Assembly: GCA_051362555.1 (NCBI GenBank)
Contig: CM120642.1
Coordinates: 7,254,001-7,318,000 of the forward strand
DNA: 64,000 bases
Direction of reading: 5' to 3'
DNA from: Lingula anatina
Lineage: Eukaryota; Animalia; Brachiopoda
Made by a program: the position numbers and the translations under genes. The notes under the pieces were generated by a model. The model worked only from the letters and a program-made list of their open reading frames with translations, made no database searches and was not told the DNA's origin. Below, piece by piece: positions 39,295-54,200 of this stretch. Positions within the stretch are counted from its first letter, which is position 1, and each line of letters opens with the position of its first letter.

Positions 39295-42200
39295 TTGGTT
39301 AGTGAACGGGAGATCAAATGGAAACCTTTTACCTTCTCACGGAGAGGACCAGTTTGGATATACACGTATATATATCTCCAGTTACCATCGATAGCCAGGG
39401 TGCTGCGTTTCTTTCCCGAGCCACGCCAGGCCACGAACATGGTCTTCTCATGAACGTTGACGTTTGTCACGTCCACTAGACCTTGTTTGACAACCTGGAA
39501 CGGAGCCTTCCTACATAGATGACTTTCTTTTACTTTCAGTCATTGAGAAAGTGTCTGCTTCAACTATGACGGTAAAAAGACGCAATGGTATCAAAGGCCG
39601 TTCACACCGGGGCGGTTTTAGTTTAAGCAAGCCCCTACGAAAAGGGATTCTTTAAAAAAGTGCAAGTGTTCAAAGACTGGTGCGCTTTCCATTCTAGCAA
39701 TTGGGAGGATACAGAATTTGAGAAAAAAACATATTTGGCGTATAACTCCACCCACAAGATACCATCTTTTTCTGTTGAATGCGATTTACGAGTGATGCGA
39801 CGTGATTCTACTGTATACAGGCAAAGTTACTGAATCATTTCAATTTCGATCGCTTTTATTGATAAACCTGCCTGTCATGTTCCTAGCTATATGATTTCAA
39901 ATGATTTTATTTCCATTTTGTGTTACACTGAGGTTACGTTTGACTTCGCCTGTGGCGTTATAGAGCACGTTGAGATCCAAAGTGGTTTACACCTTGACGA
40001 TTTTAGTTTTGAGTAGTCTTTGCCATTTGAAATGCAGACCGTGGAATTACCCCGGGGACTGTGTGACCATACGAACAGTCTTCATAAGCAAAGGACATGA
40101 GAAAAAAATGTATGAATGGGTAAAGCAATAGCGGCAACGCTACTTTTGAAAAAAAAAAAATTGAGAACTTTTCTTGCAGATTATCCCAACGAGAAAATAG
40201 CACTTTTCCATGAAATGGCAGTATTACATGCGTGGCGCCGTATCGGGTCAGCAATTGACTCGATTCAAGTTTGACATGTGACGTACCTGGAAAAAGATAG
40301 AGTTCAATGAGCTTACCCTCGTCAACACCATTTTGAGGTCTTTTAAGTGAAGAGAAAGGAAGTGTTATTGACGATTCAGTCTTGATGAGAATGACCAGCA
40401 AAAAGTCTATGTCAAGTCGATCACTTATTGTAAACTATGCCGTTTTTTATGCAAAAGGTTCATATCAAATCACCGTATTTATCTTTAAGTAATAAATCTA
40501 CTAAAAAAGATGTAAGATCTTCATAGATGCACCACTGTGACAACAACTTTTTTATTAATGGTGCAAAAGGTAATTTGCGAGGACCCACGAGAGGCTGCAT
40601 TCGCTCCTGTGGCTTCCCACTCCCAGCGCCAGTTCGATGACGTTGTTGTGGTAGACTGACGTGCGTCTTCTGGGATTCGAACCCGTGACTCTACGTTTTT
40701 GCATTTGTTTTTTGCAGCCGTGCACGCTACCGACTGCGCCGTGACAGACCCGCCCACCCTCCGTACGTACGAGTTTCCTTTTATAGTAATCGAACTCAAT
40801 TTGTGCAAATTATTTCTGGAATAAAAATAATTCGTCGCATCTTCGGACTCGAACCAGCGTACGTGGGTCTGTCAGTTTTCCAGTCGGCAAAGTTACCACG
40901 GAGCCAGACAAACTTGGTTAGTGAACGGGAGATCAAATGGAAACCTTTTACCTTCTCACGGAGAGGACCAGTTTGGATATACACGTATATATATCTCCAG
41001 TTACCATCGATAGCCAGGGTGCTGCGTTTCTTTCCCGAGCCACGCCAGGCCACGAACATGGTCTTCTCATGAACGTTGACGTTTGTCACGTCCATTAGAC
41101 CTTGTTTGACAACCTGGAACGGAGCCTTCCTACATAGATGACTTTCTTTTACTTTCAGTCATTGAGAAAGTGTTTGCTTCAACTATGACCGTAAAAAGAC
41201 GCAATGGTATCAAAGGCCGTTCACACCAGGGCGGTTTTAGTTTAAGCAAGCCCCTACGAAAAGGGAATCTATAAAAAAAGTTCAAATGTTCAAAGACTGG
41301 TGCGCTTTCCATTCTAGCAATTGGGAGGATACAGAATTCGAGAAAAAAACATATTTGGCGTATAACTCCACCCACAAGATACCATCTTTTTCTGTTGAAT
41401 GCGATTTACGAGTGATGTGACGTCATTCTACTGTATACAGGGAAAGTTACTGAATCATTTCAATTTCGGTCGCTTTTATTGATAAACCTGCCTGTCATGT
41501 TCCTAGCTATATGATTTCAAGTGATTTTATTTCCATTTTGTGTTACACTGAGGTTACGTTTGACTTCGCCTGTGGCGTTATAGAGCACGTTGAGATCCAA
41601 AGTGGTTTACACCTTGACGATTTTAGTTTTGCGTAGTCTTTGCCATTTGAAATGCAGACTGTGGAATTGCCCCGGGGACAGTGTGACCATACGAATAGTC
41701 TTGATAGGCAAAGGACATGAGAAAAAAATGTATGAATGGGTAAAGCAATAGCGGCAACGCTACTTTTGAAAAAAAATTGAGAACTTTTCTTGCAGATTAT
41801 CCCAACAAGAAAATAGCACTTTTCCATGAAATGGCAGTATTACATGCGTGGCGCCGTATCGGGTCAGCAATTGACTCGATTCAAGTTTGACATGTGACGT
41901 ACCTGGAAAAAGATAGAGTTCAATGAGCTTACCCTCGTCAACACCATTTTGAGGTCTTTTAAGTGAAGAGAAAGGAAGTGTTATTGACGATTCAGTCTTG
42001 ATGAGAATGACCAGCAAAAAGTCTATGTCAAGTCGATCACTTATTGTAAACTATGCCGTTTTTATGCAAAAGGTTCATATCAAATCACCGTATTTATCTT
42101 TAAGTAATAAATCTACTGAAAAAGATGTAAGATCTTCATAGATGCACCACTGTGACAACAACTTTTTTTATTAATGGTGCAAAAGGTAATTTGCGAGGAC

Positions 42201-45200
42201 CCACGAGAGGCTGCATTCGTTCCTGTGGCTTCCCGCTCCCAGCGCCAGTTCGATGACGTTGTTGTTGTGAACTGACGTGCGTCTTCTGGGATTCGAACCC
42301 GTGACTCTACGTTTTTGCATTTGTGTTTTGCTGCCGTGCACGCTTCCGACTGCGCCGTGACAGACCCGCCCACCCTCCGTACTCACGAGTTTCCTTTTAT
42401 AGTAATCGAACTCAATTTGTGCAAATTATTTCTGGAATAAAAATATTTCGTCGCATCCTCGGACTCGAACCCGCGTACGTGGGTCTGTCAGTTTTCCAGT
42501 CGGCAAAGTTACCACGGAGCCAGACAAACTTGGTTAGTGGATAGGAGATCAAATGGAAACCTTTTACCTTCTCACGGCGAGGGCCAGTTTGGATATACAC
42601 GTATATATATATATATCTTCAGTTACCATCGATAGCCAGGGTGCTGCGTTTCTTTCCCGAGCCACGCCAGGCCACGAACATGGTCTTCTCATGAACGTTG
42701 ACGTTTGTCACGTCCACTAGACCTTGTTTGACAACCTGGAACGGAGCCTTCCTACATAGATGACTTTCTTTTACTTTCAGTCATTGAGAAAGTGTCTGCT
42801 TCAACTATGACGGTAAAAAGACGCAATGGTATCAAAGGCCGTTCACACCTGGGCGGTTTTAGTTTAAGCAAGCCCCTACGAAAAGGGAATCTATAAAAAA
42901 AGTTCAAATGTTCAAAGACTGGTGCGCTTTCCATTCTAGCAATTGGGAGGATACAGAATTCGAGAAAAAAAACATATTTGGCGTATAACTCCACCCACAA
43001 GATACCATCTTTTTCTGTTGAATGCGATTTACGAGTGATGTGACGTCATAATACTGTATACAGGGAAAGTTAATTACTGAATCATTTCAATTTCGGTCGC
43101 TTTTATTGATAAACCTGCCTGTCATGTTCCTAGCTATATGATTTCAAGTGATTTTATTTCCATTTTGTGTTACACTGAGGTTACGTTTGACTTCGCCTGT
43201 GGCGTTATAGAGCACGTTGAGATCCAAAGTGGTTTACACCTTGACGATTTTAGTTTTGCGTAGTCTTTGCCATTTGAAATGCAGACTGTGGAATTGCCCC
43301 GGGGACAGTGTGACCATACGAATAGTCTTGATAGGCAAAGGACATGAGAAAAAAATGTATGAATGGGTAAAGCAATAGCGGCAACGCTACTTTTGAAAAA
43401 AAATTGAGAACTTTACTTGCAGATTATCCCAACGAGAAAATAGCACTTTTCCATGAAATGGCAGTATTACATGCGTGGCGCCGTATCGGGTCAGCAATTG
43501 ACTCGATTCAAGTTTGACATGTGACGTACCTGGAAAAAGATAGAGTTCAATGAGCTTACCCTCGTCAACACCATTTTGAGGTCTTTTAAGTGAAGAGAAA
43601 GGAAGTGTTATTGACGATTCAGTCTTGATGAGAATGACCAGCAAAAAGTCTATGTCAAGTCGATCACTTATTGTAAACTATGCCGTTTTTTATGCAAAAG
43701 GTTCATATCAAATCACCGTATTTATCTTTAAGTAATAAATCTACTAAAAAAGATGTAAGATCTTCATAGATGCACCACTGTGACAACAACTTTTTTATTA
43801 ATGGTGCAAAAGGTAATTTGCGAGGACCCACGAGAGGCTGCATTCGCTCCTGTGGCTTCCCGCTCCCAGCGCCAGTTAGATGACGTTGTTGTGGTAGACT
43901 GACGTGCGTCTTCTGGGATTCGAACCCGTGACTCTACGTTTTTGCATTTGTTTTTTGCAGCCGTGCACGCTACCGACTGCGCCGTGACAGACCCGCCAAC
44001 CCTCCGTACCTACGAGTTTCCTTTTATAGTAATCGAACTCAATTTGTGCAAATTATTTCTGGAATAAAAATATTTCGTCGCATCCTCGGACTCGAACCCG
44101 CGTACGTGGGTCTGTCAGTTTTCCAGTCGGCAAAGTTACCACGGAGCCAGACAAACTTGGTTAGTGGATGGGAGATCAAATGGAAACCTTTTACCTTCTC
44201 ACGGAGAGGGCCAGTTTGGATATACACGTATTTATACATATATATATATCTCCAGTTACCATCGATAGCCAGGGTGCTGCGTTTCTTTCCCGAGCCACGC
44301 CAGGCCACGAACACGGTCTTCTCATGAACGTTGACGTTTGTCACGTCCACTAGACCTTGTTTGACAACCTGGAACGGAGCCTTCCTACATAGATGACTTT
44401 CTTTTACTTTCAGTCATTGAGAAAGTGTTTGCTTCAACTATGACGGTAAAAAGACGCAATGGTATCAAAGGCCGTTCACACCGGGGCGGTTTTAGTTTAA
44501 GCAAGCCCCTACGAAAAGGGATTCTTTAAAAAAAAGTTCAAATGTTCAAAGACTGGTGCGCTTTCCATTCTAGCAATTGGGAGGATACAGAATTTGAGAA
44601 AAAAAACATATTTGGCGTATAACTCCACCCACAAGATACCATCTTTTTCTGTTGAATGCGATTTACGAGTGATGTGACGTCATTCTACTGTATACAGGGA
44701 AAGTTACTGAATCATTTCAATTTCGGTCGCTTTTATTGATAAACCTGCCTGTCATGTTCCTAGCTATATGATTTCAAATGATTTTATTTCCATTTTGTGT
44801 TACACTGAGGTTACGTTTGACTTCGCCTGTGGCGTTATAGAGCACGTTGAGATCCAAAGTGGTTTACACCTTGACGATTTTAGTTTTGAGTAGTCTTTGC
44901 CATTTGAAATGCAGACCGTGGAATTACCCCGGGGACTGTGTGACCATACGAACAGTCTTCATAAGCAAAGGACATGAGAAAAAAATGTATGAATGGGTAA
45001 AGCAATAGCGGCAACGCTACTTTTGAAAAAAAAAATTGAGAACTTTTCTTGCAGATTATCCCAACGAGAAAATAGCACTTTTCCATGAAATGGCAGTATT
45101 ACATGCGTGGCGCCGTATCGGGTCAGCAATTGACTCGATTCAAGTTTGACATGTGACGTACCTGGAAAAAGATAGAGTTCAATGAGCTTACCCTCGTCAA

Positions 45201-48200
45201 CACCATTTTGAGGTCTTTTAAGTGAAGAGAAAGGAAGTGTTATTGACGATGCATTTTTGATGAGAATGACCAGCAAAAAGTCTATGTCAAGTCGGTCACT
45301 TATGGTGAACTATGCCGTTTTTTATGCAAAAGGTTCATATCAAATCACCGTATTTATCTTTAAGTAATAAATCTACTGAAAAAGATGTAAGATCTTCATA
45401 GATGCACCACTGTGACAACAACTTTTTTATTAATGGTGCAAAAGGTAATTTGCGAGGACCCACGAGAGGCTGCATTCGCTCCTGTGGCTTCCCACTCCCA
45501 GCGCCAGTTCGATGACGTTGTTGTGGTAGACTGACGTGCGTCTTCTGGGATTCGAACCCGTGACTCTACGTTTTTGCATTTGTTTTTTGCTGCCGTGCAC
45601 GCTACCGACCGCGCCGTGACAGACCCGCCCACCCTCCGTACCTACGAGTTTCCTTTTATAGTAATCGAACTCAATTTGTGCAAATTATTTCTGGAATAAA
45701 AATAATTCGTCGCATCTTCGGACTCGAACCAGCGTACGTGGGTCTGTCAGTTTTCCAGTCGGCAAAGTTACCACGGAGCCAGACAAACTTGGTTAGTGAA
45801 CGGGAGATCAAATGGAAACCTTTTACCTTCTCACGGAGAGGACCAGTTTGGATATACACGTATATATATCTCCAGTTACCATCGATAGCCAGGGTGCTGC
45901 GTTTCTTTCCCGAGCCACGCCAGGCCACGAACATGGTCTTCTCATGAACGTTGACGTTTGTCACGTCCATTAGACCTTGTTTGACAACCTGGAACGGAGC
46001 CTTCCTACATAGATGACTTTCTTTTACTTTCAGTCATTGAGAAAGTGTTTGCTTCAACTATGACCGTAAAAAGACGCAATGGTATCAAAGGCCGTTCACA
46101 CCAGGGCGGTTTTAGTTTAAGCAAGCCCCTACGAAAAGGGATTCTTTAAAAAAGTGCAAATGTTCAAAGACTGGTGCGCTTTCCATTCTAGCAATTGGGA
46201 GGATACAGAATTTGAGAAAAAAACATATTTGGCGTATAACTCCACCCACAAGATACCATCTTTTTCTGTTGAATGCGATTTACGAGTGATGCGACGTGAT
46301 TCTACTGTATACAGGGAAAGTTACTGAATCATTTCAATTTCGGTCGCTTTTATTGATAAACCTGCCTGTCATGTTCCTAGCTATATGATTTCAAATGATT
46401 TTATTTCCATTTTGTGTTACACTGAGGTTACGTTTGACTTCGCCTGTGGCGTTATAGAGCACGTTGAGATCCAAAGTGGTTTACACCTTGACGATTTTAG
46501 TTTTGAGTAGTCTTTGCCATTTGAAATGCAGACCGTGGAATTACCCCGGGGACTGTGTGACCATACGAACAGTCTTCATAAGCAAAGGACATGAGAAAAA
46601 AATGTATGAATGGGTAAAGCAATAGCGGCAACGCTACTTTTGAAAAAAAAAATTGAGAACTTTTCTTGCAGATTATCCCAACGAGAAAATAGCACTTTTC
46701 CATGAAATGGCAGTATTACATGCGTGGCGCCGTATCGGGTCAGCAATTGACTCGATTCAAGTTTGACATGTGACGTACCTGGAAAAAGATAGAGTTCAAT
46801 GAGCTTACCCTCGTCAACACCATTTTGAGGTCTTTTAAGTGAAGAGAAAGGAAGTGTTATTGACGATGCATTTTTGATGAGAATGACCAGCAAAAAGTCT
46901 ATGTCAAGTCGGTCACTTATGGTGAACTATGCCGTTTTTTATGCAAAAGGTTCATATCAAATCACCGTATTTATCTTTAAGTAATAAATCTACTGAAAAA
47001 GATGTAAGATCTTCATAGATGCACCACTGTGACAACAACTTTTTTATTAATGGTGCAAAAGGTAATTTGCGAGGACCCACGAGAGGCCGCATTCGTTCCT
47101 GTGGCTTCCCGCTCCCAGCGCCAGTTCGATGACGTTGTTGTGGTGAACTGACGTGCGTCTTCTGGGATTCGAACCCGTGACTCTACGTTTTTGCATTTGT
47201 GTTTTGCTGCCGTGCACGCTTCCGACTGCGCCGTGACAGACCCGCCCACCCTCCGTACTCACGAGTTTCCTTTTATAGTAATCGAACTCAATTTGTGCAA
47301 ATTATTTCTGGAATAAAAATATTTCGTCGCATCCTCGGACTCGAACCCGCGTACGTGGGTCTGTCAGTTTTCCAGTCGGCAAAGTTACCACGGAGCCAGA
47401 CAAACTTGGTTAGTGGATGTGAGATCAAATGGAAACCTTTTACCTTCTCACGGAGAGGGCCAGTTTGGATATACACGTATATATTTATATCTCCAGTTAC
47501 CATCGATAGCCAGGGTGCTGCGTTTCTTTCCCGAGCCACGCCAGGCCACGAACACGGTCTTCTCATGAACGTTGACGTTTGTCGCGTCCACTAGACCTTG
47601 TTTGACAACCTGGAACGGAGCCTTCCTACATAGATGACTTTCTTTTACTTTCAGTCATTGAGAAAGTGTTTGCTTCAACTATGACGGTAAAAAGACGCAA
47701 TGGTATCAAAGGCCGTTCACACCGGGGCGGTTTTAGTTTAAGCAAGCCCCTACGAAAAGGGATTCTTTAAAAAAAGTTCAAATGTTCAAAGACTGGTGCG
47801 CTTTCCATTCTAGCAATTGGGAGGATACAGGGAAAGTTACTGAATCATTTCAATTTCGGTCGCTTTTATTGATAAACCTGCCTGTCATGTTCCTAGCTAT
47901 ATGATTTCAAATGATTTTATTTCCATTTTGTGTTACACTGAGGTTACGTTTGACTTCGCCTGTGGCGTTATTGAGCACGTTGAGATCCAAAGTGGTTTAC
48001 ACCTTGACGATTTTAGTTTTGAGTAGTCTTTGCCATTTGAAATGCAGACCGTGGAATTACCCCGGGGACAGTGTGACCATACGAACAGTCTTCATAAGCA
48101 AAGGACATGAGAAAAAAATGTATGAATGGGTAAAGCAATAGCGGCAACGCTACTTTTGAAAAAAAAAATTGAGAACTTTTCTTGCAGATTATCCCAACGA

Positions 48201-51200
48201 GAAAATAGCACTTTTCCATGAAATGGCAGTATTACATGCGTGGCGCCGTATCGGGTCAGCAATTGACTCGATTCAAGTTTGACATGTGACGTACCTGGAA
48301 AAAGATAGAGTTCAATGAGCTTACCCTCGTCAACACCATTTTGAGGTCTTTTAAGTGAAGAGAAAGGAAGTGTTATTGACGATGCATTTTTGATGAGAAT
48401 GACCAGCAAAAAGTCTATGTCAAGTCGGTCACTTATGGTGAACTATGCCGTTTTTTATGCAAAAGGTTCATATCAAATCACCGTATTTATCTTTAAGTAA
48501 TAAATCTACTAAAAAAGATGTAAGATCTTCATAGATGCACCACTGTGACAACAACTTTTTTATTAATGGTGCAAAAGGTAATTTGCGAGGACCCACGAGA
48601 GGCTGCATTCGCTCCTGTGGCTTCCCGCTCCCAGCGCCAGTTCGATGACGTTGTTGTGGTGGACTGACGTGCGTCTTCTGGGATTCGAACCCGTGACTCT
48701 ACGTTTTTGCATTTGTTTTTTTGCAGCCGTGCACGCTACCGACTGCGCCGTGACAGACCCGCCCACCCTCCGTACCTACGAGTTTCCTTTTATAGTAATC
48801 GAACTAAATTTGTGCAAATTATTTCTGGAATAAAAATATTTCGTCGCATCCTCGTACTCGAACCCGCGTACGTGGGTCTGTCAGTTTTCCAGTCGGCAAA
48901 GTTACCACGGAGCCAGACAAACTTGGTTAGTGGATGGGAGATCAAATGGAAACCTTTTACCTTCTCACGGAGAGGGCCAGTTTGGATATACACGTATATA
49001 TTTATATCTCCAGTTACCATCGATAGCCAGGGTGCTGCGTTTCTTTCCCGAGCCACGCCAGGCCACGAACACGGTCTTCTCATGAACGTTGACGTTTGTC
49101 GCGTCCACTAGACCTTGTTTGACAACCTGGAACGGAGCCTTCCTACATAGATGACTTTCTTTTACTTTCAGTCATTGAGAAAGTGTTTGCTTCAACTATG
49201 ACGGTAAAAAGACGCAATGGTATCAAAGGCCGTTCACACCGGGGCGGTTTTAGTTTAAGCAAGCCCCTACGAAAAGGGATTCTTTAAAAAAAGTTCAAAT
49301 GTTCAAAGACTGGTGCGCTTTCCATTCTAGCAATTGGGAGGATACAGGGAAAGTTACTGAATCATTTCAATTTCGGTCGCTTTTATTGATAAACCTGCCT
49401 GTCATGTTCCTAGCTATATGATTTCAAATGATTTTATTTCCATTTTGTGTTACACTGAGGTTACGTTTGACTTCGCCTGTGGCGTTATTGAGCACGTTGA
49501 GATCCAAAGTGGTTTACACCTTGACGATTTTAGTTTTGAGTAGTCTTTGCCATTTGAAATGCAGACTGTGGAATTGCCCCGGGGGCAGTGTGACCATACG
49601 AATAGTCTTGTTGGCAAAGGACATGAGAAAAAAATGTATGAATGGGTAAAGCAATAGCGGCAACGCTACTTTTGAAAAAAAAAAATTGAGAACTTTTCTT
49701 GCAGATTATCCCAACGAGAAAATAGCACTTTTCCATGAAATGGCAGTATTACATGCGTGGCGCCGTATCGGGTCAGCAATTGACTCGATTCAAGTTTGAC
49801 ATGTGACGTACCTGGAAAAAGATAGAGTTCAATGAGCTTACCCTCGTCAACACCATTTTGAGGTCTTTTAAGTGAAGAGAAAGGAAGTGTTATTGACGAT
49901 GCATTTTTGATGAGAATGACCAGCAAAAAGTCTATGTCAAGTCGGTCACTTATGGTGAACTATGCCGTTTTTTATGCAAAAGGTTCATATCAAATCACCG
50001 TATTTATCTTTAAGTAATAAATCTACTAAAAAAGATGTAAGATCTTCATAGATGCACCACTGTGACAACAACTTTTTTATTAATGGTGCAAAAGGTAATT
50101 TGCGAGGACCCACGAGAGGCTGCATTCGCTCCTGTGGCTTCCCGCTCCCAGCGCCAGTTAGATGACGTTGTTGTGGTGAACTGACGTGCGTCTTCTGGGA
50201 TTCGAACCCGTGACTCTACGTTTTTGCATTTGTTTTTTGCAGCCGTGCACGCTACCGACTGCGCCGTGACAGACCCGCCCACCATCCGTACTCACGAGTT
50301 TCCTTTTATAGTAATCGAACTCAATTTGTGCAAATTATTTCTGGAATAAAAATATTTCGTCGCATCCTCGGACTCGAACCCGCGTACGTGGGTCTGTCAG
50401 TTTTCCAGTCGGCAAAGTTACCACGGAGCCAGACAAACTTGGTTAGTGGATAGGAGATCAAATGGAAACCTTTTACCTTCTCACGGAGAGGGCCAGTTTG
50501 GATATACACGTATATATCTCCAGTTACCATCGATAGCCAGGGTGCTGCGTTTCTTTCCCGAGCCACGCCAGGCCACGAACACGGTCTTCTCATGAACGTT
50601 GACGTTTGTCACGTCCACTAGACCTTGTTTGACAACCTGGAACGGAGCCTTCCTACATAGATGACTTTCTTTTACTTTCAGTCATTGAGAAAGTGTTTCC
50701 TTCAACTATGACGGTAAAAAGACGCAATGGTATCAAAGGCCGTTCACACCGTGGCGGTTTTAGTTTAAGCAAGCCCCTACGAAAAGGGATTCTTTAAAAA
50801 AGTTCAAATGTTCAAAGACTGGTGCGCTTTCCATTCTAGCAATTGGGAGGATACAGAATTTGAGAAAAAAACATATTTGGCGTATAACTCCACCCACAAG
50901 ATACCATCTTTTTCTGTTGAATCCGGTTTACTAGTGATGTGACGTCATTCTACTGTATACAGGGAAAGTTACTGAATCATATCAATTTCGGTCGCTTTTA
51001 TTGATAAACCTGCCTGTCATGTTCCTAGCTATATGATTTCAAATGATTTTATTTCCATTTTGTGTTACACTGAGGTTACGTTTGACTTCGCCTGTGGCGT
51101 TATAGAGCACGTTGAGATCCAAAGTGGTTTACACCTTGACGATTTTAGTTTTGAGTAGTCTTTGCCATTTGAAATGCAGACCGTGGAATTACCCAGGGGA

Positions 51201-54200
51201 CAGTGTGACCATACGAACAGTCTTCATAAGCAAAGGACATGAGAAAAAAATGTATGAATGGGTAAAGCAATACCGGCAACGCTACTTTTGAAAAAAAAAA
51301 TTGAGAACTTTTCTTGCAGATTATCCCAACGAGAAAATAGCACTTTTCCATGAAATGGCAGTATTACATGCGTGGCGCCGTATCGGGTCAGCAATTGACT
51401 CGATTCAAGTTTGACATGTGACGTACCTGGAAAAAGATAGAGTTCAATGAGCTTACCCTCGTCAACACCATTTTGAGGTCTTTTAAGTGAAGAGAAAGGA
51501 AGTGTTATTGACGATGCATTTTTGATGAGAATGACCAGCAAAAAGTCTATGTCAAGTCGGTCACTTATGGTGAACTATGCCGTTTTTTATGCAAAAGGTT
51601 CATATCAAATCACCGTATTTATCTTTAAGTAATAAATCTACTAAAAAAGATGTAAGATCTTCATAGATGCACCACTGTGACAACAACTTTTTTATTAATG
51701 GTGCAAAAGGTAATTTGCGAGGACCCACGAGAGGCTGCATTCGCTCCTGTGGCTTCCCGCTCCCAGCGCCAGTTCGATGACGTTGTTGTGGTGGACTGAC
51801 GTGCGTCTTCTGGGATTCGAACCCGTGACTCTACGTTTTTGCATTTGTTTTTTTGCAGCCGTGCACGCTACCGACTGCGCCGTGACAGACCCGCCCACCC
51901 TCCGTACCTACGAGTTTCCTTTTATAGTAATCGAACTAAATTTGTGCAAATTATTTCTGGAATAAAAATATTTCGTCGCATCCTCGTACTCGAACCCGCG
52001 TACGTGGGTCTGTCAGTTTTCCAGTCGGCAAAGTTACCACGGAGCCAGACAAACTTGGTTAGTGGATGGGAGATCAAATGGAAACCTTTTACCTTCTCAC
52101 GGAGAGGGCCAGTTTGGATATACACGTATATATTTATATCTCCAGTTACCATCGATAGCCAGGGTGCTGCGTTTCTTTCCCGAGCCACGCCAGGCCACGA
52201 ACACGGTCTTCTCATGAACGTTGACGTTTGTCGCGTCCACTAGACCTTGTTTGACAACCTGGAACGGAGCCTTCCTACATAGATGACTTTCTTTTACTTT
52301 CAGTCATTGAGAAAGTGTTTGCTTCAACTATGACGGTAAAAAGACGCAATGGTATCAAAGGCCGTTCACACCGGGGCGGTTTTAGTTTAAGCAAGCCCCT
52401 ACGAAAAGGGATTCTTTAAAAAAAGTTCAAATGTTCAAAGACTGGTGCGCTTTCCATTCTAGCAATTGGGAGGATACAGGGAAAGTTACTGAATCATTTC
52501 AATTTCGGTCGCTTTTATTGATAAACCTGCCTGTCATGTTCCTAGCTATATGATTTCAAATGATTTTATTTCCATTTTGTGTTACACTGAGGTTACGTTT
52601 GACTTCGCCTGTGGCGTTATTGAGCACGTTGAGATCCAAAGTGGTTTACACCTTGACGATTTTAGTTTTGAGTAGTCTTTGCCATTTGAAATGCAGACTG
52701 TGGAATTGCCCCGGGGGCAGTGTGACCATACGAATAGTCTTGTTGGCAAAGGACATGAGAAAAAAATGTATGAATGGGTAAAGCAATAGCGGCAACGCTA
52801 CTTTTGAAAAAAAAAAATTGAGAACTTTTCTTGCAGATTATCCCAACGAGAAAATAGCACTTTTCCATGAAATGGCAGTATTACATGCGTGGCGCCGTAT
52901 CGGGTCAGCAATTGACTCGATTCAAGTTTGACATGTGACGTACCTGGAAAAAGATAGAGTTCAATGAGCTTACCCTCGTCAACACCATTTTGAGGTCTTT
53001 TAAGTGAAGAGAAAGGAAGTGTTATTGACGATGCATTTTTGATGAGAATGACCAGCAAAAAGTCTATGTCAAGTCGGTCACTTATGGTGAACTATGCCGT
53101 TTTTTATGCAAAAGGTTCATATCAAATCACCGTATTTATCTTTAAGTAATAAATCTACTAAAAAAGATGTAAGATCTTCATAGATGCACCACTGTGACAA
53201 CAACTTTTTTATTAATGGTGCAAAAGGTAATTTGCGAGGACCCACGAGAGGCTGCATTCGCTCCTGTGGCTTCCCGCTCCCAGCGCCAGTTAGATGACGT
53301 TGTTGTGGTGAACTGACGTGCGTCTTCTGGGATTCGAACCCGTGACTCTACGTTTTTGCATTTGTTTTTTGCAGCCGTGCACGCTACCGACTGCGCCGTG
53401 ACAGACCCGCCCACCATCCGTACTCACGAGTTTCCTTTTATAGTAATCGAACTCAATTTGTGCAAATTATTTCTGGAATAAAAATATTTCGTCGCATCCT
53501 CGGACTCGAACCCGCGTACGTGGGTCTGTCAGTTTTCCAGTCGGCAAAGTTACCACGGAGCCAGACAAACTTGGTTAGTGGATAGGAGATCAAATGGAAA
53601 CCTTTTACCTTCTCACGGAGAGGGCCAGTTTGGATATACACGTATATATCTCCAGTTACCATCGATAGCCAGGGTGCTGCGTTTCTTTCCCGAGCCACGC
53701 CAGGCCACGAACACGGTCTTCTCATGAACGTTGACGTTTGTCACGTCCACTAGACCTTGTTTGACAACCTGGAACGGAGCCTTCCTACATAGATGACTTT
53801 CTTTTACTTTCAGTCATTGAGAAAGTGTTTCCTTCAACTATGACGGTAAAAAGACGCAATGGTATCAAAGGCCGTTCACACCGTGGCGGTTTTAGTTTAA
53901 GCAAGCCCCTACGAAAAGGGATTCTTTAAAAAAGTTCAAATGTTCAAAGACTGGTGCGCTTTCCATTCTAGCAATTGGGAGGATACAGAATTTGAGAAAA
54001 AAACATATTTGGCGTATAACTCCACCCACAAGATACCATCTTTTTCTGTTGAATCCGGTTTACTAGTGATGTGACGTCATTCTACTGTATACAGGGAAAG
54101 TTACTGAATCATATCAATTTCGGTCGCTTTTATTGATAAACCTGCCTGTCATGTTCCTAGCTATATGATTTCAAATGATTTTATTTCCATTTTGTGTTAC

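Noticed and set aside
44156-44190. CTTGGTTAGTGGATGGGAGATC resembles the 5S rRNA internal control region (GGTTAGTACTTGGATGGGAGACC)
   Set aside because: The match needs a 4-nt gap, the site varies among monomers (GAACGGG, GGATAGG, GGATGTG), and the rest of the 120-nt 5S sequence is absent.
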